64,000 bases of DNA from Longimicrobiales bacterium (lineage in GTDB: Bacteria; Gemmatimonadota; Gemmatimonadetes; Longimicrobiales; Gaopeijiaceae). A program made the position numbers and the translations under genes. Location of the stretch: NCBI GenBank assembly GCA_965238005.1, contig OZ250165.1, positions 3,488,001 to 3,552,000 of the forward strand. Reading direction: 5' to 3'. The stretch's first letter is position 1, and each line of letters starts with the position of its first letter. The notes under the pieces are model-generated. The model worked only from the letters and a program-made list of their open reading frames with translations, was not told where the DNA came from and did no database searches. Below are positions 20,321-30,145 of this stretch, piece by piece.

Positions 20321-21076
20321 TCAGATCGTTTCGAGCACCTCTACGCGGACCCAGCCGACCTTGCCATCCTCCAGAACCACCTCGGCCCATTCTTCGGCAC
20401 GGCGGTCCACCCTTACCTTGGTGCCTTCGTGGACCGTGAAGATCGTGAGTGTCTCGTCGTCGACGGGAGCGCTCATGACGTCCACCTGCGGCTCCAGGAC
20501 TACCGCCTCTTCCGCCTGACCGATCTCCAGCTCCCGGATGGCCAGATTGAGCCCCAGGACCAACAGGACCCCACCGGTACCGAGCGCCACGCGTCCGCCC
20601 CAGACCGCGGAAGGCGCTCCGCGCCTAAGGATGAGCACGATCACACCGCTCATGGCGGCGACGTACGCCGAGACCACCAGAAGGACGAGGAGTGATCTGG
20701 GCAGGAGGTCGACCCACCAGCTCCAGGCGTCCAGCACCCAGAACCTCGGGAGAGGCTCGATCTCGTCGGCCGTGAGCGACCGGGCCAGATCCAGGTTCGC
20801 CCGCACGTCCTCGTCACGGGGGAGGAGGCGCCGGGCCCGCTCATAGTAGAGGATGGCGCGTGCCAGATCGCCGCCCTTGAAGTACGCATTCCCGATGTTG
20901 TAGTAGACCTGTCCGCTCTCGAAGCCGGCCTCGACCACCCTCAGGTAGCTGGAGAGGGCTCCCTCGAAGTCGCCCTCCTGATAGAGCCGGTTGCCCTCCT
21001 GGTAGAACTCCACCTGAGCGGATCCGGCCCCGGGAACGAAGACCGCCAGAGCAGAGAGCAGCAAAGCGGCCCTCAT
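20321..21076 (-). CDS. batE: BatE-like TPR + SH3 protein
   Basis: TPR segment YYNIGNAYFK..AILYYERA; two TM helices; C-terminal SH3b VHEGTKV..GWV. Confidence 0.85.
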   Translation of the reverse strand: MRAALLLSALAVFVPGAGSAQVEFYQEGNRLYQEGDFEGALSSYLRVVEAGFESGQVYYNIGNAYFKGGDLARAILYYERARRLLPRDEDVRANLDLARSLTADEIEPLPRFWVLDAWSWWVDLLPRSLLVLLVVSAYVAAMSGVIVLILRRGAPSAVWGGRVALGTGGVLLVLGLNLAIRELEIGQAEEAVVLEPQVDVMSAPVDDETLTIFTVHEGTKVRVDRRAEEWAEVVLEDGKVGWVRVEVLETI

Positions 21077-22917
21077 GACAGCCCCTCCTGGACGGCGGTC
21101 ATGGCCCTGGCCGCCCGCTCGAAGAACGCGGCCCGCTCCTCGTCGCCGGAGCCCGGGGGAGCGAAGCGCGCCCGGTCGCACGCGCCCAGGCACTCCAGGT
21201 ATTCCTCGACCGCATCCGGTGAAACCCCACGCTCGCGGAGCTCGGACTCGGCGCTGTCGGACATGAAACCGGCCTCGGCGACGTTGAGCTTGTCGGCGAG
21301 GAAGCCCCGCAGGGCCCGCTCAACCTCCGCGTAGAAGCCCCGTGCATCATCCCCGGACATGGCCGACTGCGCCCGGGCCAGGCGCTTCCTCGCTACGCGG
21401 CTGGCCCGACGCCCCCGGGCGTACGCCACGTCGCCTTCCAGGCGGTCCTGGTGCCACCTGATGCCCAACGCCCCGATCATGGCGACCAGGGGGAGCAGTG
21501 TCACCATCCAGAAGCCCGGAGAGTCGAAGATCGAGCTGTGGGCCACGGCGAAGCGCGGCGGGGCGATCTGGATGAACCGGATATCCTCCCGAAGCGTCTC
21601 CACGCCGGTGCGTACATCGGGCGCGATCACCACGGCGTCCCCGGTCACCTCCAGAGCCAACGGGTCGGTCGCTGCCGTGGCGTAGCGCCCACTCCCCGCA
21701 TCGAAGTAGCCCATCTCGATGGAGGGGATCGTCTTCTCGCCCGGCGTCCTAGGGATCAGAACGTAATCGTAGGTCCTGGTCCCGCTGATGCGAGTCCCGC
21801 TTCGGTCGATGGACTCCGACACCTCCGGAGGGAAGACCTCGAAGTCACGGGAGAAGTCGATCGTGGGCGCCGCGAGCGCTCGCAGGTTCCCTTCGCCGGA
21901 GACCGTAACGGACAGCGTCACCGCCTCGTTCGTCTCTACATCGGTTCGATCGACGGAAGCCGTGACGTCGAGCCGGCCCACCAGACCGGTGAAGCTCTCG
22001 GGCTGGCCGGCCTCGGGCAGCGGCAGCACCTCGATGTCCACGGGGTCGGACGCCACCACAGTGGGCACCAGTGAGCCGAACAGAGAGCTGCGGTTGAAGA
22101 AATCCTCGAAGGGGTCCCGTGACCGCTGCTGCACCCTGATCCTGGCTTCCACGCTGAGGGGCTCGACGGTCTTGGTTCCGGGCCCCGTGGGGAAGAGCAC
22201 GACGTGCCTGAGGACAGCCGTGGCGTACTGTGTTCCATCCCTCACCACCTGCTCAACCTGGGGGCTCTGCGTCTGGGGAACGTCCTCCACCCAGAAGCCC
22301 TCGCTCCCCGCAGTCTGCGTGATGCTGTAGGAGCTGACGTTGACGCGCGTGAAGAGGCGGTACTGCACCACGACGGGCTCGTTCTCGTAGACCCGGCGCT
22401 TGCTGACCTCGGCCACCACGAACAGGTCCTCGGAGCTCACGCCGGAGGGGTCCTCGGGGGGAGGGCCGGCACCCGGCGGAGGTGGCGGGGCGGCGGACAC
22501 GGTGAGCGTCACCGGCTCGGTCCCGAGAACCCGTCCCCCCGCCCGAACCGTGACGGGGCCGATGTCGAAGGTGCCTTCCTCGACGGCCTGGTAGCGATAC
22601 TGGACGATCAGCGAGACCGTGGTGACCCCGTTGATCATCTGCATGTTGGTGGAGCTGCTGGCGCCCAGGTAGCGGGCGAAGCTCCCCATGACCGGAAGCT
22701 CCGGATCGCTGTCGGTCCGCTGCGTGCCCGTCACCTCGACGTTGAGCACGAACTGCCTGTTGAGGCCCACCGTGGTGGGGGTGAGGAAGGCTCGGGCAGT
22801 CACTTCCTGGGCCACAGTGTGGGCCGGGGCCAGCGTGGCAAGAAGGAGCGCGACCCCCAACAAGGGCCACGATCCCTTCCTCGAGATCACCCACGACACG
22901 GTGTGAACCACGCTCAT
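21073..22917 (-). CDS. batD: BatD protein (currently in frame with upstream batC)
   Basis: Signal-like segment; SSSTNMQMING, GEGNL, YVLIPR, EDIRFI; TM helix; internal ATG at 22917. Confidence 0.85.
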   Translation of the reverse strand: MSVVHTVSWVISRKGSWPLLGVALLLATLAPAHTVAQEVTARAFLTPTTVGLNRQFVLNVEVTGTQRTDSDPELPVMGSFARYLGASSSTNMQMINGVTTVSLIVQYRYQAVEEGTFDIGPVTVRAGGRVLGTEPVTLTVSAAPPPPPGAGPPPEDPSGVSSEDLFVVAEVSKRRVYENEPVVVQYRLFTRVNVSSYSITQTAGSEGFWVEDVPQTQSPQVEQVVRDGTQYATAVLRHVVLFPTGPGTKTVEPLSVEARIRVQQRSRDPFEDFFNRSSLFGSLVPTVVASDPVDIEVLPLPEAGQPESFTGLVGRLDVTASVDRTDVETNEAVTLSVTVSGEGNLRALAAPTIDFSRDFEVFPPEVSESIDRSGTRISGTRTYDYVLIPRTPGEKTIPSIEMGYFDAGSGRYATAATDPLALEVTGDAVVIAPDVRTGVETLREDIRFIQIAPPRFAVAHSSIFDSPGFWMVTLLPLVAMIGALGIRWHQDRLEGDVAYARGRRASRVARKRLARAQSAMSGDDARGFYAEVERALRGFLADKLNVAEAGFMSDSAESELRERGVSPDAVEEYLECLGACDRARFAPPGSGDEERAAFFERAARAMTAVQEGLS

Positions 22918-22925
22918 CGCTTGGC

Positions 22926-23658
22926 CTACCAGGGTTGGTTTCTTCGGCCGGCGACCCCGGGCGGGTTGGGCCGGGCGTCGGTTCACATCGTCCGGATCTT
23001 CCTGGACGGCTTGCAGCAGCCGCTCAGCTTCCTCCTGGCTCATCTGGCCGGGAGCCTCCTGAGGCTGTTGCTGCGCCTCCTCCTCGGACTCCTGCTCCTC
23101 GGGAGAGTCCTGCGGTGGCTGCTCCTGACTCTGATCCTGGGGGTCCTGCTCTCCCTGTTGTTGCTGGTCCTGATCCTGGTCCTCGGGCTCTCCTTCGCTG
23201 TCCTGCTGCTGGTCCTGTTGCTGCTGTTGAAGCTGCTCCAGGACTCGCTCCAGGTTGTGCTTGTAGTCCGCCTCCCCGGGGAGGATGCGGAGGGCCTGTT
23301 TGTAGGCTTCCAGGCTCTCTTCCAGCTGTTGGCCGCGATAGAGGGCGTTGCCGAGGTTGTACCAGGCCGGTCCTGCCAGGGACGGGTCTCCGCTCTCGAT
23401 GGCCTGGCGATAGGCGTCGAGAGCCCTCTGGTACTCCTCGGTCTGGTAGAGGGCATTGCCGTCGTTGAAGATGACCAGGGGCGAATTCGGCGCATCCCGT
23501 AACGCCTCGAGATACCTCTCGTGCGCCTCCTCGAAGAGACCCTCCTCGTAGAGACGGTTGCCTTCGTTCACCTGGGTACGACCCCGTTGGGCGGCTGCTC
23601 CGGAAGGCAATCCTGCAAACAACACAGCGGCCGTCACGAGTCCAAGGCTCAGCCTCAT
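22926..23658 (-). CDS. batC: BatC TPR protein; natural stop shifted out of frame by a 4-bp duplication
   Basis: Signal peptide, TPRs, Q/E-rich linker, MSQEEAERLLQA. Removing one AACC restores the ending ...KKPW-TAG. Confidence 0.82.
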
Positions 23659-24686
23659 GAGAACCTCCCCGCCCATGCCTCTTCCTTCCGTCGTCGGTCA
23701 GACACGAGGCCCTCCGCCAACAGAAGCAGTAGCGCCATCCCGAGGAAGATCTGGAACTGCTCCTCGAATTGAGTCACCTCCCGGGCCTCCAGCTCCCGGC
23801 CATCGCCGCCTGTGATCACGTCGATGAGGGGGTCCAGATTCGCCCCAGGACCCGCGGCCGGGAAGTACCGGCCCCCGGTGGCCCGGGAGATGCGCTGCAG
23901 CGTCGCCTCATCAAGACGGGTGGTCACCACGTTCCCCTCGGCATCCCGCTTGAAGCCCCTCCGTACTCCAGCCTCGTCCACCTCCGGGATGGGGACGCCC
24001 TCCAGGGACCCGATCCCCACCGTGTGAATCTGAACCCCTTCCTGCACCGCGCGCTCCAAGGCGCTGTCGACCTCACCCTCGTGGTCCTCGCCGTCGGTGA
24101 CGATCAGCAGAACCCGGTGGTCGCGGGTGCCCTCCTCGAAGGCGTCGAGGGCCACCGTCAGGGCCTCACCCAGGTCGGTTCCCTGGATGGGAATCAGGCC
24201 GGGCTCCATCGAGTTCAGAAACATGGCCGCCGCACCGTAATCCACCGTCAGAGGTGCTTGCACGAAGGCGTTCCCGGCGAAGGCAACCAGGCCGATGCGG
24301 TCACCATCCAGGCGCAGGAGAATTCGCATGATCTCGAGCCGGGCCCTCTCCAACCGGTTCGGGGTGACGTCCTCGGCGAGCATGGACAGCGATACGTCAA
24401 GGGCCACCATCACGTCCTGCCCCTGGCTTCGAACGGTCTCTACGCGGGTCCCGAACTGGGGCCGAGCCAGTGCCAGCACCAGGAACGCCACGGCAACCAA
24501 CAACAGGACGCTCTTGGCCGTCCTACCCCGCCGGCTCACGGTCGCGCTCAGCTTCCGAACCAGCTCCAGGTCGCCGAAACGTGCCAGGGCCTGTCTGCGT
24601 GCTTTGAGCGCTCCCCAGAAGAACGCAGCCAGAGCTGGGACCAGGAGCAGTCCGAAGAGCGTCTCGATGGATGCGAAGCGGAACAC
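23655..24686 (-). CDS. batB: VWA domain protein BatB
   Basis: ALARPQFG; MIDAS DVSLSM; PLTVDY; TDGEDH; GTG start. Confidence 0.88.
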   Translation of the reverse strand: MFRFASIETLFGLLLVPALAAFFWGALKARRQALARFGDLELVRKLSATVSRRGRTAKSVLLLVAVAFLVLALARPQFGTRVETVRSQGQDVMVALDVSLSMLAEDVTPNRLERARLEIMRILLRLDGDRIGLVAFAGNAFVQAPLTVDYGAAAMFLNSMEPGLIPIQGTDLGEALTVALDAFEEGTRDHRVLLIVTDGEDHEGEVDSALERAVQEGVQIHTVGIGSLEGVPIPEVDEAGVRRGFKRDAEGNVVTTRLDEATLQRISRATGGRYFPAAGPGANLDPLIDVITGGDGRELEAREVTQFEEQFQIFLGMALLLLLAEGLVSDRRRKEEAWAGRFS

Positions 24687-24696
24687 CTGTCGTCCC

Positions 24697-25686
24697 CTAC
24701 GGCAGCTTCCGGAGAACCGTCTGACCCAAGCCCACCTCCAGGACCAGTAGAAGGAGCCCCGCGGCCAGCGGGTAGTGGAATAGCTCCCCATACCTGGTGA
24801 AGTTCTGAACCTCGATCTCGGTCGTCTCCAACTCGTCGATCTCGCGGTAGATCTCGGCGAGGCTCTCCGTGTCCGCGGCCCGGAAGTATCGGCCACCGGT
24901 GAGCGTGGCTATCTCCTGGAGCGTGGGCTCGTCCACGTCCACCTGGATGTTCACGTAGCGACGACCCAGGGTGGGATCGTTCACGGGCACCCGCGCCGTC
25001 CCGCGGCTCCCTGCACCGATGGTGTAGACCTTCACCCCCAGGGCCCGGGCCATCTGAGCTGCCGTCACCGGGCCGATCTCCCCCGTGTTGCTGCGTCCGT
25101 CGGTGAGGAGGACGACCACCTTGGACTCTGCATCTGAGGCCCGAAGGCGCTTCACGGCGGTGGCGAGCCCCATCCCCACGGTGGTCCCGTCCTCGATCAT
25201 GCCCACCTCCATCTGCCCCAGGAGGTCCGTGACGACGGAGTAGTCCAGCGTCAGAGGTGCTTGCGTGAAGGCCTGTCCGGCGAACACCACGAGCCCGATG
25301 CGATCGTTCCGCCGGCCCAAGACGAAATCGGCCGCCACGGCCTTGGCCGCCTCTATCCGGTTGGGGTCGAGATCTTCGGCCAGCATGGAACTGGAGATGT
25401 CGATGACCAGGACGATGTCGATGCCCTCGGCCGTGACCGTCTCGCTCGTGACCCCAGTCTGCGGGCGGGCGAAAGCGACGATGAGGGCGCCGAAAGCGAT
25501 CACCCGAAGGACGAATAGGCCATGGCGGAATCGGCCCGTCCTCCCGACATCCGATCGCCTCAACGACTCGACGTTGGAGTACCGAATGGTCCCTGACCGC
25601 CGCTTCCGGCGTGCCACGAAGCCATACACCATGACGGGGATGATCAGGAGCAGGATCAACAGCCAGGGATCTTCGAATCGGTACAT
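24697..25686 (-). CDS. batA: VWA domain protein BatA
   Basis: FEDPW, ARPQ, MIDAS DISSSM, LLTDG, VYTIGAG, TGGRYFRA. Confidence 0.9.
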   Translation of the reverse strand: MYRFEDPWLLILLLIIPVMVYGFVARRKRRSGTIRYSNVESLRRSDVGRTGRFRHGLFVLRVIAFGALIVAFARPQTGVTSETVTAEGIDIVLVIDISSSMLAEDLDPNRIEAAKAVAADFVLGRRNDRIGLVVFAGQAFTQAPLTLDYSVVTDLLGQMEVGMIEDGTTVGMGLATAVKRLRASDAESKVVVLLTDGRSNTGEIGPVTAAQMARALGVKVYTIGAGSRGTARVPVNDPTLGRRYVNIQVDVDEPTLQEIATLTGGRYFRAADTESLAEIYREIDELETTEIEVQNFTRYGELFHYPLAAGLLLLVLEVGLGQTVLRKLP

Positions 25687-26777
25687 CAGGCCCCCTCGGC
25701 TCCCGCCGTCTCGAGGACCGGCCCCTCAGGGTCCCGGAGATCGTCGGGTCCCTCGGAGTCCTGCGAACCCGCCTGGGCACGGTCGTCCCCCTCGGCACCC
25801 AACTCGCCCGACATCGGCGCGGTGGTGAAGTCCTCGACTCGTGGCCGCGTGCGATCCACCAACTCGCGGGCCGCCACAATCACCCGACGGCAGTCGTCGG
25901 GGGCCGGCCGAAGCTTCGCGAATTTCACCAGGTCGCATCGGCCCAAGAAGTCGGCGAAGGCGGCCAGCGTATCGTCGGCGAGTCGGGTCTCCCCGAGGCC
26001 GTCCATCACTTCCCCCGTGGTCATTTCCAGGGCAAAGACGTCGAAGCGGCCCTCTACGTAGGTTCGGATGATCTCCGACACGAGGATGTGGTACTCCTTG
26101 ATCTCCCCCCGCTCCAGCAGATTCGAGCTGTCCAGGCGATCGAGGGCCTCGTACGCCTCCTCGTGGGGAAGCCGGGGAATGATGACCGGCCGCCGGCGTG
26201 TGGCCTCCTCCCCTCGGCTCAGCCTCCGCCAGAGCCAGAACGCCACAAAGCCCAGTGCCACCAGCAGGAGAAGCCAGGGCAGGAAATAGAGGACGCTGAT
26301 AGGGATCCCCAGGGGTCCCCGGATGGCCCGGATGTCTCCCCCCTCGTCCAGGCCGACGCTGTGCACGGCCACCCCGTACGGATCGGTGGACACGAGCGTG
26401 GAGGATCCGTCTGGAGCCTCCACGCCAAAGTCGAAGGCGGGGACCTCCAGATCGCCGAGCTCGAAGACCGTCAGCGTGAATCGAGCGCCCGTGACAATGC
26501 GGCCCTCGACGCTGTTGGGGGCCAGGAGCTCGGCGCCGAGGATCTCGAAGGGATCCAGGGACAGGGAGTCGGGCCAGACCACTGTCTCCTCGGGAGAGTG
26601 CTCCACCGTCACCCTGAGCTGTAGTCGGTCACCCACACTGACGAGCGTCGTGTCCAAAGACGTGCGTACACGCGGCGCCTGGGCTGTGGCAGCGCTCGGC
26701 GCCTGGGCTGAGGTGGCGCTTGGCGCCACCGCCGCAAGCGCCGCCGCCAAGAGGAGTGCCGACCCGCGCGCCCTCAT
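25686..26777 (-). CDS. Bat-operon membrane protein (signal peptide, Ig-like domain, TM helix)
   Basis: DIRAIRGP, TM helix, ALEMTTGE, CDLVKFAK; sits between DUF58 and batA. Confidence 0.8.
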   Translation of the reverse strand: MRARGSALLLAAALAAVAPSATSAQAPSAATAQAPRVRTSLDTTLVSVGDRLQLRVTVEHSPEETVVWPDSLSLDPFEILGAELLAPNSVEGRIVTGARFTLTVFELGDLEVPAFDFGVEAPDGSSTLVSTDPYGVAVHSVGLDEGGDIRAIRGPLGIPISVLYFLPWLLLLVALGFVAFWLWRRLSRGEEATRRRPVIIPRLPHEEAYEALDRLDSSNLLERGEIKEYHILVSEIIRTYVEGRFDVFALEMTTGEVMDGLGETRLADDTLAAFADFLGRCDLVKFAKLRPAPDDCRRVIVAARELVDRTRPRVEDFTTAPMSGELGAEGDDRAQAGSQDSEGPDDLRDPEGPVLETAGAEGA

Positions 26778-27652
26778 CGGAACCGCCTCTCCCGCTCCTT
26801 GAAAAAGCGCATGAGGGGCTGGACGTAGGACTCGTCCGTCTGGATGTCGATGACGTCGACCCGGCTACGCCGGAAGGTGCGCTCGAGGCCCTCCCGGACC
26901 CTGGCCGACCGCCCCTCGAACGCGGTGCGGAAACGCGCGTCGGAGGTGTTCACCAGGAACAGCTCGCCCGTCTCGGCATCCTCGAACTCCACATATCCGA
27001 GTGGCGGGAGCGACTCCTCCCGCTGATCGCCCAGGCGCACGGCGATGAGATCGTGCCGTCTCCCCGCCACCGACAGGGGCTTCTCGAACCCCTCGGACAT
27101 GAAGTCGGATACGAGGAACGCCACCGCCCGGCGCCGCACCACGTGAGTCAGGTATTCGAGTGCTCCGGCGATGTCGGTCCCCCGGCCCTCGGGCCTGTGG
27201 TAGAAGAGCTCCCTGAGCACGCGGAGCACGTGGGCGCGGCCCTTCCGGGGAGGCACGAACTTCTCGATGCGGTCGCTGAAGATGATCAGGCCGACCTTGT
27301 CGTTGTTCTTGATGGCACTGAAAGCCAGGAGTGCGCAGATCTCGACGGCGATCTCGCCCTTCATCCGCTCCCGGGTTCCGAAGTCGCCCGAGGCGCTCAC
27401 GTCCACCACCAGCATGACGGTGAGCTCGCGCTCCTCCTCGAAGACCTTCACGAAGGGGTGTCCGGTGCGGGCCGTGACGTTCCAGTCGATGCTTCGGATG
27501 TCGTCTCCGTACTGGTACTCCCGGACCTCGGCGAAATTCATCCCACGGCCCTTGAATACTGAATGGTACTCGCCTGAGAAGACCTCGTTGACGAGGCCCC
27601 GGGTGGTGATCTCGACCCGGCGGACCTTCTTGAGGATGTCTCGCGGGATCAC
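26774..27652 (-). CDS. DUF58 domain protein
   Basis: GEYHSVFKGRGMNFAEVREYQYGDDIRSIDWNVTAR; EEERE. Confidence 0.93.
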   Translation of the reverse strand: MIPRDILKKVRRVEITTRGLVNEVFSGEYHSVFKGRGMNFAEVREYQYGDDIRSIDWNVTARTGHPFVKVFEEERELTVMLVVDVSASGDFGTRERMKGEIAVEICALLAFSAIKNNDKVGLIIFSDRIEKFVPPRKGRAHVLRVLRELFYHRPEGRGTDIAGALEYLTHVVRRRAVAFLVSDFMSEGFEKPLSVAGRRHDLIAVRLGDQREESLPPLGYVEFEDAETGELFLVNTSDARFRTAFEGRSARVREGLERTFRRSRVDVIDIQTDESYVQPLMRFFKERERRFR

Positions 27653-28692
27653 GGCACTTCGATGTTGTCCAGGACCCGGGTGACCACGTCCTCGGCCGTG
27701 ACCTCTTCGGCCTCAGCCTCATAGGTGAGGAGCACCCGGTGACGCATCACGTCCAACCCCACCGCCCGAACGTCCTCGGGGGTCACGTAGCCCCGGCGCC
27801 GCAGGAAGGCGTGGGCACGAGCGGCCTTGGCCAGATTGATGGTCGCCCGAGGCGATGCGCCGAAATCGATGAGCTCCACGAGATCGTCCAGGCCGTGGTT
27901 CGCCGGCTCGCGGGTGGCGAAGACCAGATCGACGATGTACCGCTCGACCTGGCTGTCCATATAGATCATCTGGACGGCGCTCCTCGCCCGGAGGATCTCT
28001 TCGGGCGTGATGACGGGAGACACCTCGGGCATGGGCCCTCCGGCCACCCGGCGCAGGATCTCCACCTCTTCGTCCTTGTCCGGGTAGTCGACCGAGACCT
28101 TGAGCATGAAGCGGTCGACCTGGGCCTCGGGCAGGGGATAGGTCCCCTCCTGCTCGATGGGGTTCTGGGTGGCAAGGACGAGGAACGGGTCGTCCAGCGG
28201 GAAGGTGTTCTGTCCGATGGTGACCTGGTGCTCCTGCATCGCCTCCAGCAGGGCCGACTGTACCTTGGCCGGCGACCGGTTGATCTCGTCGGCCAGGATG
28301 ATGTTCGTGAAGATGGGTCCCTTCTTCGTCTGGAATTCCGAGGCCCTGGGATCGTAGATAAGCGTCCCGATGAGGTCCGCCGGCAGCAGGTCGGGCGTGA
28401 ACTGGATGCGTTGGAAGGACGTCTCGATCGCCTTGGCCAGAGTGCTGACCGTAAGGGTCTTGGCGAGTCCGGGAACACCCTCCATGAGCACGTGCCCGTC
28501 GGCCAGCAAGCCGATGAGCAGGCGCTCGACCATATAGCGCTGGCCCACGATCACCCGGGCCACTTCGTCCTGCAGTCGGCTGACGAACGCGCTCTCCTCC
28601 TGGATCTTCGCCTGGATCACTTCGATGTCCGCGTGCATGGCAGGGGCCTGCGGTGCTTCGGTAACGGTCTCCATTGCGTCTCGATCTTCCAT
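27649..28692 (-). CDS. moxR: MoxR-family AAA+ ATPase
   Basis: GVPGLAKT, RIQFTPDLLPAD, LADEINR, ATQNPIEQEGTYPLPEAQVDRF. Confidence 0.95.
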   Translation of the reverse strand: MEDRDAMETVTEAPQAPAMHADIEVIQAKIQEESAFVSRLQDEVARVIVGQRYMVERLLIGLLADGHVLMEGVPGLAKTLTVSTLAKAIETSFQRIQFTPDLLPADLIGTLIYDPRASEFQTKKGPIFTNIILADEINRSPAKVQSALLEAMQEHQVTIGQNTFPLDDPFLVLATQNPIEQEGTYPLPEAQVDRFMLKVSVDYPDKDEEVEILRRVAGGPMPEVSPVITPEEILRARSAVQMIYMDSQVERYIVDLVFATREPANHGLDDLVELIDFGASPRATINLAKAARAHAFLRRRGYVTPEDVRAVGLDVMRHRVLLTYEAEAEEVTAEDVVTRVLDNIEVP

Positions 28693-28815
28693 CGGGCTCG
28701 TCCGGCTGTTTGAAATCGATGCTTCAACAGCCGAGAAATATACCAAACGACGCGCTCAGTGGGACTCCCCGGGGGAGGTAGAGAGGTTCCAGGGAAGGCC
28801 CACGACGCGTATGAG

Positions 28816-28831
28816 TCTTACAGATGTAAGA
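28816..28831. promoter_or_regulatory. Palindrome TCTTACA-GA-TGTAAGA (BlaI/MecI/CopY-type TACAnnTGTA box)
   Basis: AT-rich 7-2-7 perfect inverted repeat about 125 bp upstream of moxR. Confidence 0.55.
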
Positions 28832-28912
28832 TCAGGGAAGTTGCCGGGAGGGTTTACTCGGCTCTCGGGGCTCGATTGGCCGGCCGAACTGCGCTGGGAT
28901 CCGGGCCGACTC

Positions 28913-29060
28913 CTACTCCGTCTTCAACGCCCGCACCGGATCCACTCGGCTGGCCCCCCTGGCGGGCACGTAGGGGCACGTAGGCGGCCAGGAGAGCCAC
29001 GCCCGCCAGCGCCAACGGAACCACCGTGAAGGTGAAGGGATGCATGGGGTTAAATGAGGC
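28913..29060 (-). pseudogene. C-terminal remnant of an ABC (ADOP/FtsX-like) permease
   Basis: PFTFTVVPLALAGVALLAAYVP..ASRVDPVRALKTE; broken by a 10-bp tandem duplication (GGCACGTAGG x2, 28965-28984). Confidence 0.75.
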
Positions 29061-29259
29061 CACGAAAGGCCACTCACGGAGGACACTACGGGGGGTCGAC
29101 GAAAGTTTCGAGTGGCCGCGACAGGCCAGCCAATCTCCTGGGGCATACACCGGCAACCGCCGGCGGGCGTAAGCCTGGGTCTGCGGCCGGTGGCTCCCGA
29201 TTCCCCTGGGCGCTACACTACGCGAAGCCCTCAGGAACACCCACCGAGCCCCTGGATCC

Positions 29260-30101
29260 GTGCCAGAAGACACCGACCTCAGACCTCCCGTAGACGCCTC
29301 GTCAGCGCGGCATAAGACCTACGAGATCATCTTCGGACACGAGACCTGGGCGGGTCGCGCCTTCGATGTGCTCCTGATGGTAGCCATCCTGGCGAGTGTG
29401 GCCGTGATCATGCTGGAGAGCGTGGCATCGATCCGTGCCGAGCACGGCCGGCTACTGCGGGGAGCGGAGTGGTTCTTTACCGCGCTCTTCACGGTGGAGT
29501 ACGTGACCCGCCTCTGGTGCGTGGGCCGACCCGGCGTGTACGCCCGGAGCTTCCTCGGAATCATTGACCTCCTGGCGGTGCTTCCCACCTACATCTCCTT
29601 GCTATTCCCGGCGGACAGGTCATCACGGTGGTTCGCATCCTTCGAGTGCTCCGGGTCTTCCGCATCCTCAAGCTGGCCCGGTACGTCGGGGAGGCCCGCG
29701 TCTTGGGCCAGGCCCTGAGGGCGAGCCGCTACAAGATCACGATCTTCGTGATCACGGTGGTGAGCATCACCGTGATCGTTGGATCGCTCATGTATCTGGT
29801 GGAGGGCCCGCCCTCGGGGTTTACCAGCATCCCTCGGAGCGTCTACTGGGCGATCGTGACCCTGACGACCGTCGGGTTCGGCGACATCACGCCGCAGACG
29901 CCCCTGGGCCAGGCTCTCGCGAGCATCGTGATGATCATGGGCTACGGGATCATCGCCGTGCCCACGGGCATCCTGACCGCCGAGTTCGTGGAGACGGCCC
30001 GAGCCCAGCGGGGAGCCCAGTGCCCCGAGTGCGGGCGGAGGGGCAACGATGGGGACGCGAGCTACTGCAAGTGGTGCGGTGGAACGCTGGCGAGCACCTG
30101 A
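29260..30101 (+). CDS. Voltage-gated K+ channel (ion transporter); -1 frameshift near 29610
   Basis: S1-S3 in the first ORF; S4 [13 protein letters not shown] and filter TTVGFGD in the second; C-terminal CxxC Zn ribbon. One extra G restores FPGGQV. Confidence 0.85.
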
Positions 30102-30145
30102 CCAACACACACTGACCTAGACCTCACACAAGGAAAGGACGGACC

